From Methanobacteriota archaeon (GTDB lineage: Archaea; JAADCQ01; Methanopyri; Methanopyrales; Methanopyraceae): a stretch of DNA of 27,227 bases. The stretch spans positions 1 through 27,227 of the forward strand of contig JAMOPY010000049.1 of the NCBI GenBank assembly GCA_027064305.1. The letters are read 5' to 3'. Positions 1 through 7,948 of the stretch are shown piece after piece; within the stretch, counting starts at the first letter, position 1; each line of letters opens with the position of its first letter. The notes below the pieces were generated by a model that saw only the letters and a list, made by a program, of their open reading frames with translations, did not search any database and was not told where the DNA came from. Both the position numbers and the translations under genes were made by a program.

Positions 1-173
1 TGCCCGTCATCGCCTCGGGGGGCTGCGGTCACCCGAGGCACATGCTGGAGGTGTTCGAGGAGGCCGGGGCGGACGCGGCGCTGGCCGCCTCGATCTTCCA
101 CTACGGGGAGTACTCGATCCGTGAGGTGAAGGAGTTCCTGGCGCGGCGGGGCGTGCGCGTACGCCCGTGCTGA
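1..173 (+). CDS. hisF: Imidazole glycerol phosphate synthase cyclase subunit, C-terminal part (5' truncated by window)
   Basis: Frame 3 translated by hand: [63 protein letters not shown] and [11 protein letters not shown] are diagnostic HisF motifs. TGA at 171-173. Confidence 0.93.
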   Translation, partial: PVIASGGCGHPRHMLEVFEEAGADAALAASIFHYGEYSIREVKEFLARRGVRVRPC

Positions 174-805
174 AGGTGATGCTGCTGTACCCGGAGCGCG
201 AGCGGTGCAAGGTGCTGACGGCGTTCCGGGAGCTGCCGGAGGGACTGAAGCCCGAGGCCCGGGTCACGCTGGTCAGCTGCCGGAGGCGGCTGGAAGGGCC
301 GAGGACGATCGTCTCCGGCGGTACGGTGGTGATCACGCTACCGGCCGGGGGCGACCTGACCTCCGTAAAGCTGTCGTTGGCCCACGAGCTGGCGCACGCG
401 CTTCAGGCCGAGCGGGGCGTGCTGCCGGGCCGCGTGCCGCCCCTCCGCGCCCTGTCGCTGCCGCTCGAGTGCGGGGCGGAGGAGCTGGTGCTGAAGTTCA
501 TCCCGGGCTCAGTCGGTCGTAGGGTGGAGATGGGACTGCGGCTGGTTCGGAGGATGGTGCCCCGGGACTTCCTGACGGATCTGGAGCGGTCGCTGGTGCT
601 GGAGCCCGTGCGTATGGCCGTGGAGCGGCTGGGTGAGCGGGTGTCGGTGCCCCGGGTGGAGCCCGTGAGCCGCCGGGCGCGTGAGGTGCGGGAGGAGCTG
701 GTGCGGGCGGCGCGCGAGGTGGACCCGTGGGACCCGCTGTCCGTGCGCCGGTACGTGGAGGACGCGCGGGCGATCGTCAGCGCGGCCCTTCGGCGAGGCG
801 CTTGA
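167..805 (+). CDS. Hypothetical protein with HExxH zinc-metallopeptidase motif
   Basis: 212 aa ORF overlapping the hisF stop. Contains LAHELAHAL followed by ECGAE (possible third zinc ligand). Codon usage matches neighbours. Confidence 0.6.
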   Translation: MLKVMLLYPERERCKVLTAFRELPEGLKPEARVTLVSCRRRLEGPRTIVSGGTVVITLPAGGDLTSVKLSLAHELAHALQAERGVLPGRVPPLRALSLPLECGAEELVLKFIPGSVGRRVEMGLRLVRRMVPRDFLTDLERSLVLEPVRMAVERLGERVSVPRVEPVSRRAREVREELVRAAREVDPWDPLSVRRYVEDARAIVSAALRRGA

Positions 806-1748
806 GCCGCTCGATGCGCTTCTCCGTGGGCGGGTGCGTGCTGAACAGTCGCGCCAGCATCCCGCCGCGGAACGGGTTGCGGATCCAGAGGTGGGCGGTG
901 GCCGCCTCCGCCGTCGTCTCCGCCCGGATCGGGGCGCCTCTCACGGCCTCCTCGATCTTGGCCAGGGCCCGCGCGAGCCCGAGCGGATCCCCGGTCAGGC
1001 GCGCGCTCCCCTCGTCCGCGAGGTACTCGCGCGTGCGGCTGATAGCGGCCACGATCACGGTGACGATGATGGAGGTGACGAAGCCGAGCAGGATCAGCGT
1101 CAGCCAGTCCTCGTCGGAGTCCAGGGCCGCGTTGATGAACGGGTCCAGCGCGTAGGAGAGCGTCGTGCCGATCGCGGCCGCGATCGTCATGATCAACGTA
1201 TCCCGGTTCCGCACGTGCGAGACCTCGTGCCCGAGCACGCCTCGGATCTCGCGGTCGTCCAGCAGCCTCAGCAGTCCCTCCGTGACCCCGATCACCGGGC
1301 GGGACCGGCGGCCCACGGCGAAGGCGTTGGGTAGGGCACCCAGGTCGGTCTCCTCGGGCACGACCACGAGCCTGGGTCGTTCGATCCCGGCCCGGGCCGC
1401 CAGCTCGTCGACGAGCTCCCGAACCCGGAGTAGCCGGTCGGACAGTTCGGGCCTCAGCGCCCGGAACTCCTCCTCGCTCACCGCCCCCATGCTCAGCAGC
1501 ACGAGCTTGTCGCTTGTCAGGTACGAGATGGCCGCCCAGGTCAGCCCCACCGCGGCCCCGACGAGCACGCTCTTGGTCAGGAAAGCGGTGACTCCCGCCA
1601 GGACGGAGAAGAGCAGTCCCATCAGGCCGAGGGTTCGGAGCACGATGAAGTGGCTTCGATCGCCCAGCCTGCCGATCGCCAGGAGGGCCAGTGAGGCGCC
1701 CGCGAGCGGGATCAGGGCCTTCAGCGCCGTGGGCCACGCGCTCATCAT
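777..1748 (-). CDS. htpX: HtpX-family (M48) membrane zinc metalloprotease
   Basis: TM segments, [56 protein letters not shown]. Confidence 0.93.
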   Translation of the reverse strand: MMSAWPTALKALIPLAGASLALLAIGRLGDRSHFIVLRTLGLMGLLFSVLAGVTAFLTKSVLVGAAVGLTWAAISYLTSDKLVLLSMGAVSEEEFRALRPELSDRLLRVRELVDELAARAGIERPRLVVVPEETDLGALPNAFAVGRRSRPVIGVTEGLLRLLDDREIRGVLGHEVSHVRNRDTLIMTIAAAIGTTLSYALDPFINAALDSDEDWLTLILLGFVTSIIVTVIVAAISRTREYLADEGSARLTGDPLGLARALAKIEEAVRGAPIRAETTAEAATAHLWIRNPFRGGMLARLFSTHPPTEKRIERLKRLAEGPR

Positions 1749-1757
1749 GGGTCCCTC

Positions 1758-2897
1758 CTAGAACCCCCTCTCGTGGACGATCCGTCCCGGGAACGTCCCG
1801 GCCCTCGTCACGTAGACCACGTCGTACCTCTCATAGCTTTTCCGTAGTCGGATCACGTCCCTTCTCCCCAACCGCACCCCGATGGACCGCACGATCGGGG
1901 GTCCCTCGCCCTCCTCCCCCACCTTGACCACGCGGATCACGTGGTCGGGCGGATCCTCCGGGGGCGCCCCGGTGGTGGCCAGCAGGGACTCCCGTCCCGG
2001 GGTGAGGGTCGGGTACGCGTCCAGCTCCTCCGCGAGCAGCGTCGATAGGCGGGCCTTGCGCACGGCCGGGTCCTGCTCGATGATGTAGGCGACGCGGCCC
2101 GGTTTCGGGGATCTCCGGGGAGTCTCCGGGTCTCCCTCGAGGACCGCGCGCGTCTCGGACACGATCGCGGCGGTTCCGTCGATCAGGTTCGTCCAGCACA
2201 CCGCGCGCACCTCCCGGGCCCGGCTGAACACCGCGGTGCCGGGTCGGGCCGGGGTCGCCGGGGGCACCTCGATCAGGTGCGGCAGACCGTCGAGGAGTTC
2301 GCGGAGCTCGGTGGCCGGGGGACTCGTCTCCCCGGGCCGTCGGGCGCCGCGCCGGCTCGGGTCCGCGTGGGCGACGTCCGCATCGGGTGATATCCGGGTC
2401 GCGTCGTCCTCAACGACCCGGACGTCCTTGGGCGCGTGAAGGCGGGCGTTCGTGCGCAGGGCGCGGGCTCGGGACCCCTCGAGCTCGACGGAGGTGACGT
2501 GGTAGTGCCGAGAGAGAGCGAGGGTGTCGCCACCGATGCCAGCGCAGAGGTCGAGGCACTCCCGGCCGCCCGCTCGATCCGACAGGAATCGGGCCTTGGC
2601 GCGCGCCACGTGCTCGCCGGTGAGCTCCTCGGCGGCCCGCACGTCGGGGCACGCTAGCGGGGCCCACTCCTCCACCTTGGCGGCCACCTTGGTGTGGATG
2701 GTCAGCAGCGCGGTGATGAGCGGGTCGGTGCCGACGTTGGGGTCTCGCCGGAGGAGCTCGCCCGGGTTCCGGCAGCCGGTGTAGGCGAGGGCGACGGCGG
2801 CCTCGCGCGGCGGGAGGCGTCGGGGGAGCTCGCTCGAGTCCTCCGACCGTTCCAGCTCGAGCTTGATCCGTTCCCAGTCCAGGTCGAGGGTCTTCAC
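1758..2897 (-). CDS. Class I SAM-dependent methyltransferase (probable RNA methyltransferase, THUMP-like C-terminal region)
   Basis: AEELTGEHVARAKA, motif I CLDLCAGIGGDTLAL, VELE, and ADPSRR at the motif IV position. Confidence 0.75.
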   Translation of the reverse strand: MKTLDLDWERIKLELERSEDSSELPRRLPPREAAVALAYTGCRNPGELLRRDPNVGTDPLITALLTIHTKVAAKVEEWAPLACPDVRAAEELTGEHVARAKARFLSDRAGGRECLDLCAGIGGDTLALSRHYHVTSVELEGSRARALRTNARLHAPKDVRVVEDDATRISPDADVAHADPSRRGARRPGETSPPATELRELLDGLPHLIEVPPATPARPGTAVFSRAREVRAVCWTNLIDGTAAIVSETRAVLEGDPETPRRSPKPGRVAYIIEQDPAVRKARLSTLLAEELDAYPTLTPGRESLLATTGAPPEDPPDHVIRVVKVGEEGEGPPIVRSIGVRLGRRDVIRLRKSYERYDVVYVTRAGTFPGRIVHERGF

Positions 2898-3604
2898 AGG
2901 ATGCCCAGCTCCCTCGGGTCCGTCTCGTGGGGCTCGACGCCGAGCTTTCTGGCGATCCGGATCAGCGGCTTGAACCGTCCCACCTCCTCGGGCGCGTGGG
3001 CGTCGGAGCCGAAGGTGATGGGGGCGCCCACCCGGACGGCGATCTGGTACAGGGTGAAGTCCCGCGGGAGGTGGCGGGCGTTCAGCTCCAGGCCGACGTT
3101 GTGGTCGGCCGCGGCGTGGGCGAGTTCCTCGGCCTCCCGGGCGGTGATGCGGTGGCCGAGTTCCTCCAGTATCCAGACCGGGTGGGCGATGATGTGCACC
3201 TCACCGCGCTCGATGCAGCGGAGGGTGGATTGGATGATGACCCGACGCACCTCCTCCGTCCCGACCGGGTTAGGGGCGAGGAGGTGCGGGTGGTGCACGG
3301 CGCCCAGGACGAGGTCGGCCTGCTCGAGCATCGCCGGGGTGGCGTCGATCTCGCCGGTGGGGGAGACGATGTTGGACTCGATCCCGACGTAGACCTTCAC
3401 CGAGAGCTGTCGTTCCGCCTCCTTCGCCTCGGAGCGGAGGCGTCGGAAGGAGCGGTCGGTGAGCCCCTCCGGTGAGGCGGGCCCGTGGTCGGTGAGCGCC
3501 ACCGCCTCGAGGCCTCTTTCCTCGGCGGCGGCCGCGTTCTCGAACGGGGTGCCGTGGCCGTCGGAGTAGACGGTGTGCGTGTGCAGGTCGTACCGGAGCC
3601 TCAA
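2894..3604 (-). CDS. PHP-domain phosphoesterase (histidinol phosphatase/YcdX-like)
   Basis: DLHTHTVYSDG, LTDH, GIE, GAVH, IIAHP, LELN, FGSDAH metal-binding motifs. Confidence 0.9.
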   Translation of the reverse strand: MRLRYDLHTHTVYSDGHGTPFENAAAAEERGLEAVALTDHGPASPEGLTDRSFRRLRSEAKEAERQLSVKVYVGIESNIVSPTGEIDATPAMLEQADLVLGAVHHPHLLAPNPVGTEEVRRVIIQSTLRCIERGEVHIIAHPVWILEELGHRITAREAEELAHAAADHNVGLELNARHLPRDFTLYQIAVRVGAPITFGSDAHAPEEVGRFKPLIRIARKLGVEPHETDPRELGIL

Positions 3605-3618
3605 CGCCGGGGGTCCCG

Positions 3619-4782
3619 TTACTTCAGCGCTCTCAGCCGGACCTCCGGCTCCAGCGTCCTCGGCTCGGCCGCGACGATCGCCGCGCCCTTGGCGACCACC
3701 GTCATCGGGTCGTCCGCCAGCTCGGCCGGGATGTCCGTCTCCTCCTCGATGCGCGCCTGCATGCCCGGCATCAGGGACGTGCCGCCCACCATGACCGTGT
3801 TGTCGTACACGCCCGGGATCAGCTCCGCGGGCAGCCGGTCCAGGATCCTTCGGATGGCGCGGATGATCTCCTGCACGACGGGCTCGGCGGCCTTGGCCAC
3901 CAGCTCCGAGTCGATCGTGATCTCCTTGGGCTTGTTCGTCTCGACGTCCTTGCCCACGACCTCGATCTCCTTGTCCTCGAAGTCCTCGGTCTCGGAGAAC
4001 ACGCGACCCACCTCGATCTTGGCCCGCTCGGCCTCGTGGATGCCGATCCGGACCCCGTACTCCTCCTCGACGAGCTCGACGATGTTCTGGTCGATGTCGT
4101 CGCCACCCACGCGCATGGTCTCCTGGTCCGTGATGCCGCCCAGCGAGATGACCGCGATGTCGGTGGATCCGGCGCCGATGTCGATCACCATCGTGCCCGT
4201 GGGCTCGGCGATGGGTAGGCCGGCGCCGATGGCCGCCGCGAGGGCCTCCTGGATGATGATCACGTTGTCCTCCTCGATCCCGACCTCGACGGTCGCCTCC
4301 TTGATCGCGCGGCGCTCCACCTCGGAGGCGTCACCCGGGACGCCCACGGCGACCCGCTCGATCTCCTCCGGGTTGTTGTTCGAACCGACCTCGATCGCGT
4401 ACTGGACGATGAACTTGGCGTACTCCATGGACTCGATGACTCCGTGCCGGAGGGGTCGGACGGCCACGATGTCCTCCGGGGTGCGGCCGAGCATCTTGCG
4501 GGCTTCCTCACCGATGGCCAGCACCTTGTTCGTGCCCTTCTTGACGGCCACCACGGAGGGGAACTGTTTGACCTGGAACTCCTCCTCCGAGGGGCGCGCC
4601 ACCACCGTGTTCATGGTGCCCAGGTCGATGCCGAGGGCCGCGTAATCGCCGTAGATCTCGACCTCTTCCTCCCTCTCCAACTCCTCGGAGATGGACTCCT
4701 CCTCGCGCTCCTCGGTCTCCTCGCCGCGCTCCTCCTCTTCCTCCTCACCCTCCTCGCGCTTCTTCCTCCTCCAGAACGGCAA
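3619..4782 (-). CDS. mreB: MreB/Mbl-like actin-family ATPase (rod shape-determining protein)
   Basis: Phosphate-1 GIDLGTMNT, RPLRHGVI, VERRAI, connect-1 EALAAAIGAGLP, phosphate-2 MVIDIGAGSTD, GGDDID, AERAKIEVG, adenosine VGGTSL, connect-2 VAKGA. Acidic N-terminal extension. Confidence 0.93.
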   Translation of the reverse strand: MPFWRRKKREEGEEEEEERGEETEEREEESISEELEREEEVEIYGDYAALGIDLGTMNTVVARPSEEEFQVKQFPSVVAVKKGTNKVLAIGEEARKMLGRTPEDIVAVRPLRHGVIESMEYAKFIVQYAIEVGSNNNPEEIERVAVGVPGDASEVERRAIKEATVEVGIEEDNVIIIQEALAAAIGAGLPIAEPTGTMVIDIGAGSTDIAVISLGGITDQETMRVGGDDIDQNIVELVEEEYGVRIGIHEAERAKIEVGRVFSETEDFEDKEIEVVGKDVETNKPKEITIDSELVAKAAEPVVQEIIRAIRRILDRLPAELIPGVYDNTVMVGGTSLMPGMQARIEEETDIPAELADDPMTVVAKGAAIVAAEPRTLEPEVRLRALK

Positions 4783-4794
4783 GGTCGAGCTCCC

Positions 4795-5415
4795 CTACCC
4801 CTCCTCCTCGGTGCCCGGGATCTCGTGGACGTAAACGCCACGATCGTTCGCGATCTTTCGAAACTCCTCGGGATCCTCCACCTGCAGGACCATAATGCTG
4901 AACGTCTCCTCCTCGACCCCCAAAAACACGCTTATAATGTTCCTAATGGGGCGAGGCATCACGTCGAAGAGGATCATCGAGGTCTCGATGAACGCGGGCC
5001 CTCTCCTCCTCCTGTTAACCTTAATCTTCATCCGGCTCCTGGCCCGCGACATCACGCTCTTGAGGACGGAGTCCGGCCCGGCAACGACGTAATTCCCATC
5101 ACCTTCCTCGAAAACCAGGGACAGCAGCTCGGACTTGGTCGCCACGCGGCTGATTAACGAGGTGATCTCGGAGGTGGACCGTATTAGGGTGACGCCGTAC
5201 CTCCACACGGTAACCCCGTACTTGGTCTTAACCTCACGATTATCCACGATTTCAAATTTTGAAAATCTCATCGTCTCATAGAGGGCCTCTTCGATATCCT
5301 CAGGATCCCCTAGTATGGCGCAGTACGAGTTCATTTCCTCGTCCATTTTCTCATATGATACGGCGGCGGACCTTAGCAGTTTAACTCTGGTTTCCGGGTC
5401 CTCCGTAGCCTTCAA
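4795..5415 (-). CDS. Hypothetical protein (206 aa) between oapC and mreB
   Basis: Fills the gap in the operon, 4-bp overlap with oapC, GGAGGGG RBS before TTG. No recognisable motif. Low GC. Confidence 0.75.
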   Translation of the reverse strand: MKATEDPETRVKLLRSAAVSYEKMDEEMNSYCAILGDPEDIEEALYETMRFSKFEIVDNREVKTKYGVTVWRYGVTLIRSTSEITSLISRVATKSELLSLVFEEGDGNYVVAGPDSVLKSVMSRARSRMKIKVNRRRRGPAFIETSMILFDVMPRPIRNIISVFLGVEEETFSIMVLQVEDPEEFRKIANDRGVYVHEIPGTEEEG

Positions 5416-5675
5416 CCCCTCCGTCCCCGCCCGTCCGCGGGTGGTAATAGGATAAAGTATCTACCAGATTTGTACACGGTGATGACGTCGTCTATGTTAT
5501 CAATGTTAATCTTGTACACCCCATCCCGCTCCACCACTATGGCGGCAGGGTCATGATTATCGTCCTCAGGAATGCGCTGAAACAACCTACATCCGCAGTT
5601 CGGGCACCCTCTTTTAATCAATTCATCGCTCAGCTTATCGAACGTTCTACCGCATTTAAAGCACCGGTGTGGCAT
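5412..5675 (-). CDS. oapC: Zn-ribbon protein, DUF2072 / OapC (ArvC) family
   Basis: MPHRCFKCGRTF...LIKRGCPNCGCRLF and C-terminal GVYKINI...SGRYFILLP. Start moved to ATG 5675 (RBS GGTGACGGAGG). Confidence 0.85.
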   Translation of the reverse strand: MPHRCFKCGRTFDKLSDELIKRGCPNCGCRLFQRIPEDDNHDPAAIVVERDGVYKINIDNIDDVITVYKSGRYFILLPPADGRGRRG

Positions 5676-5682
5676 GCCTCCG

Positions 5683-6054
5683 TCACCCAAGTTTTAGCGT
5701 GATGAAATCCTCTCCCTTCTCCAGATCCTTGAGCACGTTCGCCGGCGAGATGACGGTCATTCCCTCCTCGGATCGCTTCCCCAGGAGCCTTTTCATCAGT
5801 CCTCTACCGGATCGTCGGGCCGCCCGCTTCGGCGGGACCACGTAGATGTCGATCCCCGTGAACTCCTCCAGGTCCACCTCCTCCATTGTGCGCTGAATGA
5901 TCTCGGTGAGTAGATCCGGGTTGAGTTGGCCCTCGAAAACGATCACCGCACCGTCCTTCGCCCGGCGTATCACGTACTCGATGAGCTCCGACCTGGACAT
6001 GCCCTTTAGCGCCGATCGGGCCATGACCTCGACCTTGATCTCTCCCTCCGTCAA
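5683..6054 (-). CDS. oapB: DUF2073 / OapB (ArvB) family protein
   Basis: MSRSELIEYVI...GAVIVFEGQL...EFTGIDI...GLMKRLLG...MTVISPANVL. Lies between the GTPase and the Zn-ribbon gene, as in the archaeal oapABC triplet. Confidence 0.85.
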   Translation of the reverse strand: MTEGEIKVEVMARSALKGMSRSELIEYVIRRAKDGAVIVFEGQLNPDLLTEIIQRTMEEVDLEEFTGIDIYVVPPKRAARRSGRGLMKRLLGKRSEEGMTVISPANVLKDLEKGEDFITLKLG

Positions 6055-6677
6055 CCCGTGAACTCCCTGATCATCGCCTTGTAGAGGTCTTCCATGTTCT
6101 CTCCGGTCTTGGCGGAAACCTTAACGACGGGGTAGTCCGAGAAGGCGTCCTCCACGGCGCCCGGGTCGGCCTCTTTTAAGTCTATTTTGTTCGCCACCAC
6201 GATGAACGGTACCTCGTTCGCCTCCAGGTTTCCAATCAGCGTCACGTTCACCTGGGTGAGCGGCTCCCGGGTGGAGTCGATCACCACGAGCGCGCCGTCG
6301 ATGGTCTTGAGCAGTCGGATGGCCTCCACCACGCCCTTGGTGGCCTCCTTGGCCCGCTGCTTGGCCTCCTTCACGTCCAACCCGTACCTGAGGAACTTCC
6401 GGTAGTCCACCTTCGTGGTGACGCCCGGCGTGTCCACGATTTCGAAGTCGACTCGGGACGATCCCAGCTCGATGCGCACCCGGCGCCGGACGGAGCGGCG
6501 CGTCTCGTGCGGGATCTCGGAGACCTCGCCGAACCGCTCCGCGCCCCAGTCCTCCGCGATCCGGTTGGCCAGGGTCGTCTTGCCGACGTTGGGGGCCCCG
6601 TAGATTCCTATTTTAACCTCCCTCCTCGCGGACCTCAGGTAGTCCAGGAGTCGGCTGATGAGGCTCCTGGGCCTCAC
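6051..6677 (-). CDS. oapA: Era-like small GTPase, OapA (ArvA) family
   Basis: G1 GIYGAPNVGKTTLANRI, G2 IPHETRR, G3 DTPG, AKEATKGVVEAI, G4 NKID, G5 VSAKTG. Confidence 0.9.
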   Translation of the reverse strand: MRPRSLISRLLDYLRSARREVKIGIYGAPNVGKTTLANRIAEDWGAERFGEVSEIPHETRRSVRRRVRIELGSSRVDFEIVDTPGVTTKVDYRKFLRYGLDVKEAKQRAKEATKGVVEAIRLLKTIDGALVVIDSTREPLTQVNVTLIGNLEANEVPFIVVANKIDLKEADPGAVEDAFSDYPVVKVSAKTGENMEDLYKAMIREFTG

Positions 6678-6703
6678 GTAACCACCCCGTGGGGGTCGGG
6701 GAC

Positions 6704-7249
6704 GTGGGCGTGGTCAGGTTCGTGAGCCGGGCGATCAGGAGGCCGCTGCGAGTGGGGGCTCCGGCGCCCACGCTGCGTGGAACTGCCAGGTTCATGGTGG
6801 AGGTCACGGGCGTGGGTAGGGGAGACCTGGTGGTGGACGCGGGCACGGGAACGGGCGTGGTGGCGTTGGAGGCGGCCCGGCTCGGGTGCGAGGTGGTCGC
6901 CGTGGATCTGGACGAGGAGCTGCTGAAGGTGGCTCGGGAGCGGGCCCGGGAGGAGGGACTGGACGATCGGATCGAGTTCGTGCGGGCGGACGTTAGGGAG
7001 CTGCCGGACCTGGTGGATCGGGCCGACGCGGTGATCTCCACGGTGCCCATCAAAACGCTTCCCGACCCGGGGCGGGTCTTTGAGGCCTACGCCGAGTCGG
7101 TGCGGCCCGGCGGTCGGGTGGTCCAGCTCACCCACTGGCCGGGGCGCTTTCTGCGGGCGGTCAAGGGCGTACCGCTCCGGGTGGAGCGGAGGTACCTGCG
7201 GTGGGTTCACCTGGTGCCGGGATTCATCTTCGTTTGTCGTCGGGAGTGA
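6704..7249 (+). CDS. pmtA: Phospholipid N-methyltransferase-like protein (Sinorhizobium/Agrobacterium PmtA type)
   Basis: N-terminal RRPLRVGAPAPT...ARFM, motif I VVDAGTGTGVV, DAVISTVP, GGRVVQLTH, C-terminal WVHLVPGFIFVCRR. Directly upstream of psd-pssA. Start GTG 6704 (RBS GGGGGT); 6689 is the alternative. Confidence 0.7.
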   Translation: MGVVRFVSRAIRRPLRVGAPAPTLRGTARFMVEVTGVGRGDLVVDAGTGTGVVALEAARLGCEVVAVDLDEELLKVARERAREEGLDDRIEFVRADVRELPDLVDRADAVISTVPIKTLPDPGRVFEAYAESVRPGGRVVQLTHWPGRFLRAVKGVPLRVERRYLRWVHLVPGFIFVCRRE

Positions 7250-7255
7250 CGGGGT

Positions 7256-7948
7256 ATGCTGGCGCCCGGCTGGCACCGGTTCGTGCTGCCGCCCGCGGTG
7301 CTCGGTGCGATCACCGCCCCCGTGTGCAAGCCCGCCTCCGCGCTGTTCCTGGCCGCGGCCGGCTTCCTGGCCTTCTTCTTCCGGAACCCCGATCGGGAGC
7401 CGCCGAGCGACCCCAGGTTGATGGTCTCCGCCGCCGACGGTCGGCTCCTGGGTAGGGTCATGCACGTGGGTCCCGGGGACGAGGAGGTGGAGTCCTACCT
7501 GGACGAGCCGGTGATGGTCTCCGTGTTCATGTCCCCGCTGGACGTGCACGTGAACCGGGCGCCGTTCGACGGCGTCGTGCGGGAGGTGAGCCGGGTCCGG
7601 GGGCGCACCGTGCCCGCGTTCAGGTCCTCCTCGGCGACGGAGAATCACCGGGCGATCCTGCTGTTCGAGGGCAGGGTGCCGTTCCTTGTGCGGCTGGTGG
7701 TGGGAGCGGTCGCGCGTCGGATCGACCTGTACGTGGAGGAGGGAGACCGGGTGCGGCGCGGTCAGCCGATAGGGATGATAAGACTGGGTTCCCGGGTGGA
7801 CGTGGCCGTTCCGCGGGCTCACGTGGACCGGGTCCTGGTCTCGGTGGGTGACCGGGTCAGGGCGGGTGAGACGCCGATAATCAGGGTAAAAGAGGGGAGG
7901 AGGAGTGGACGAGCGGATCGAGAGGTGGAAGATCACCAGCCTGCTTAA
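7256..7948 (+). CDS. psd: Archaetidylserine/phosphatidylserine decarboxylase proenzyme
   Basis: FFFRNPDR, VSAADG, SVFMSPLDVHVNRAP, ENHR, GAVARRI, self-cleavage motif GMIRLGSRVD, VRAGET. Confidence 0.93.
   Translation: MLAPGWHRFVLPPAVLGAITAPVCKPASALFLAAAGFLAFFFRNPDREPPSDPRLMVSAADGRLLGRVMHVGPGDEEVESYLDEPVMVSVFMSPLDVHVNRAPFDGVVREVSRVRGRTVPAFRSSSATENHRAILLFEGRVPFLVRLVVGAVARRIDLYVEEGDRVRRGQPIGMIRLGSRVDVAVPRAHVDRVLVSVGDRVRAGETPIIRVKEGRRSGRADREVEDHQPA

Noticed and set aside
1715-1748. ATGATGA at the htpX start as a C box
   Set aside because: No properly spaced D'/C'/D set follows. It is simply Met-Met-Ser after an RBS.
2713-2770. GTGATGA-11 nt-CCGA on the plus strand as a C/D sRNA
   Set aside because: No convincing C' box or terminal D box, and it lies antisense within a coding region.
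4860-5700. Low-GC region as a prophage or IS insertion
   Set aside because: No integrase, transposase, terminal repeats or target duplications. The genes are seamlessly coupled within the operon.
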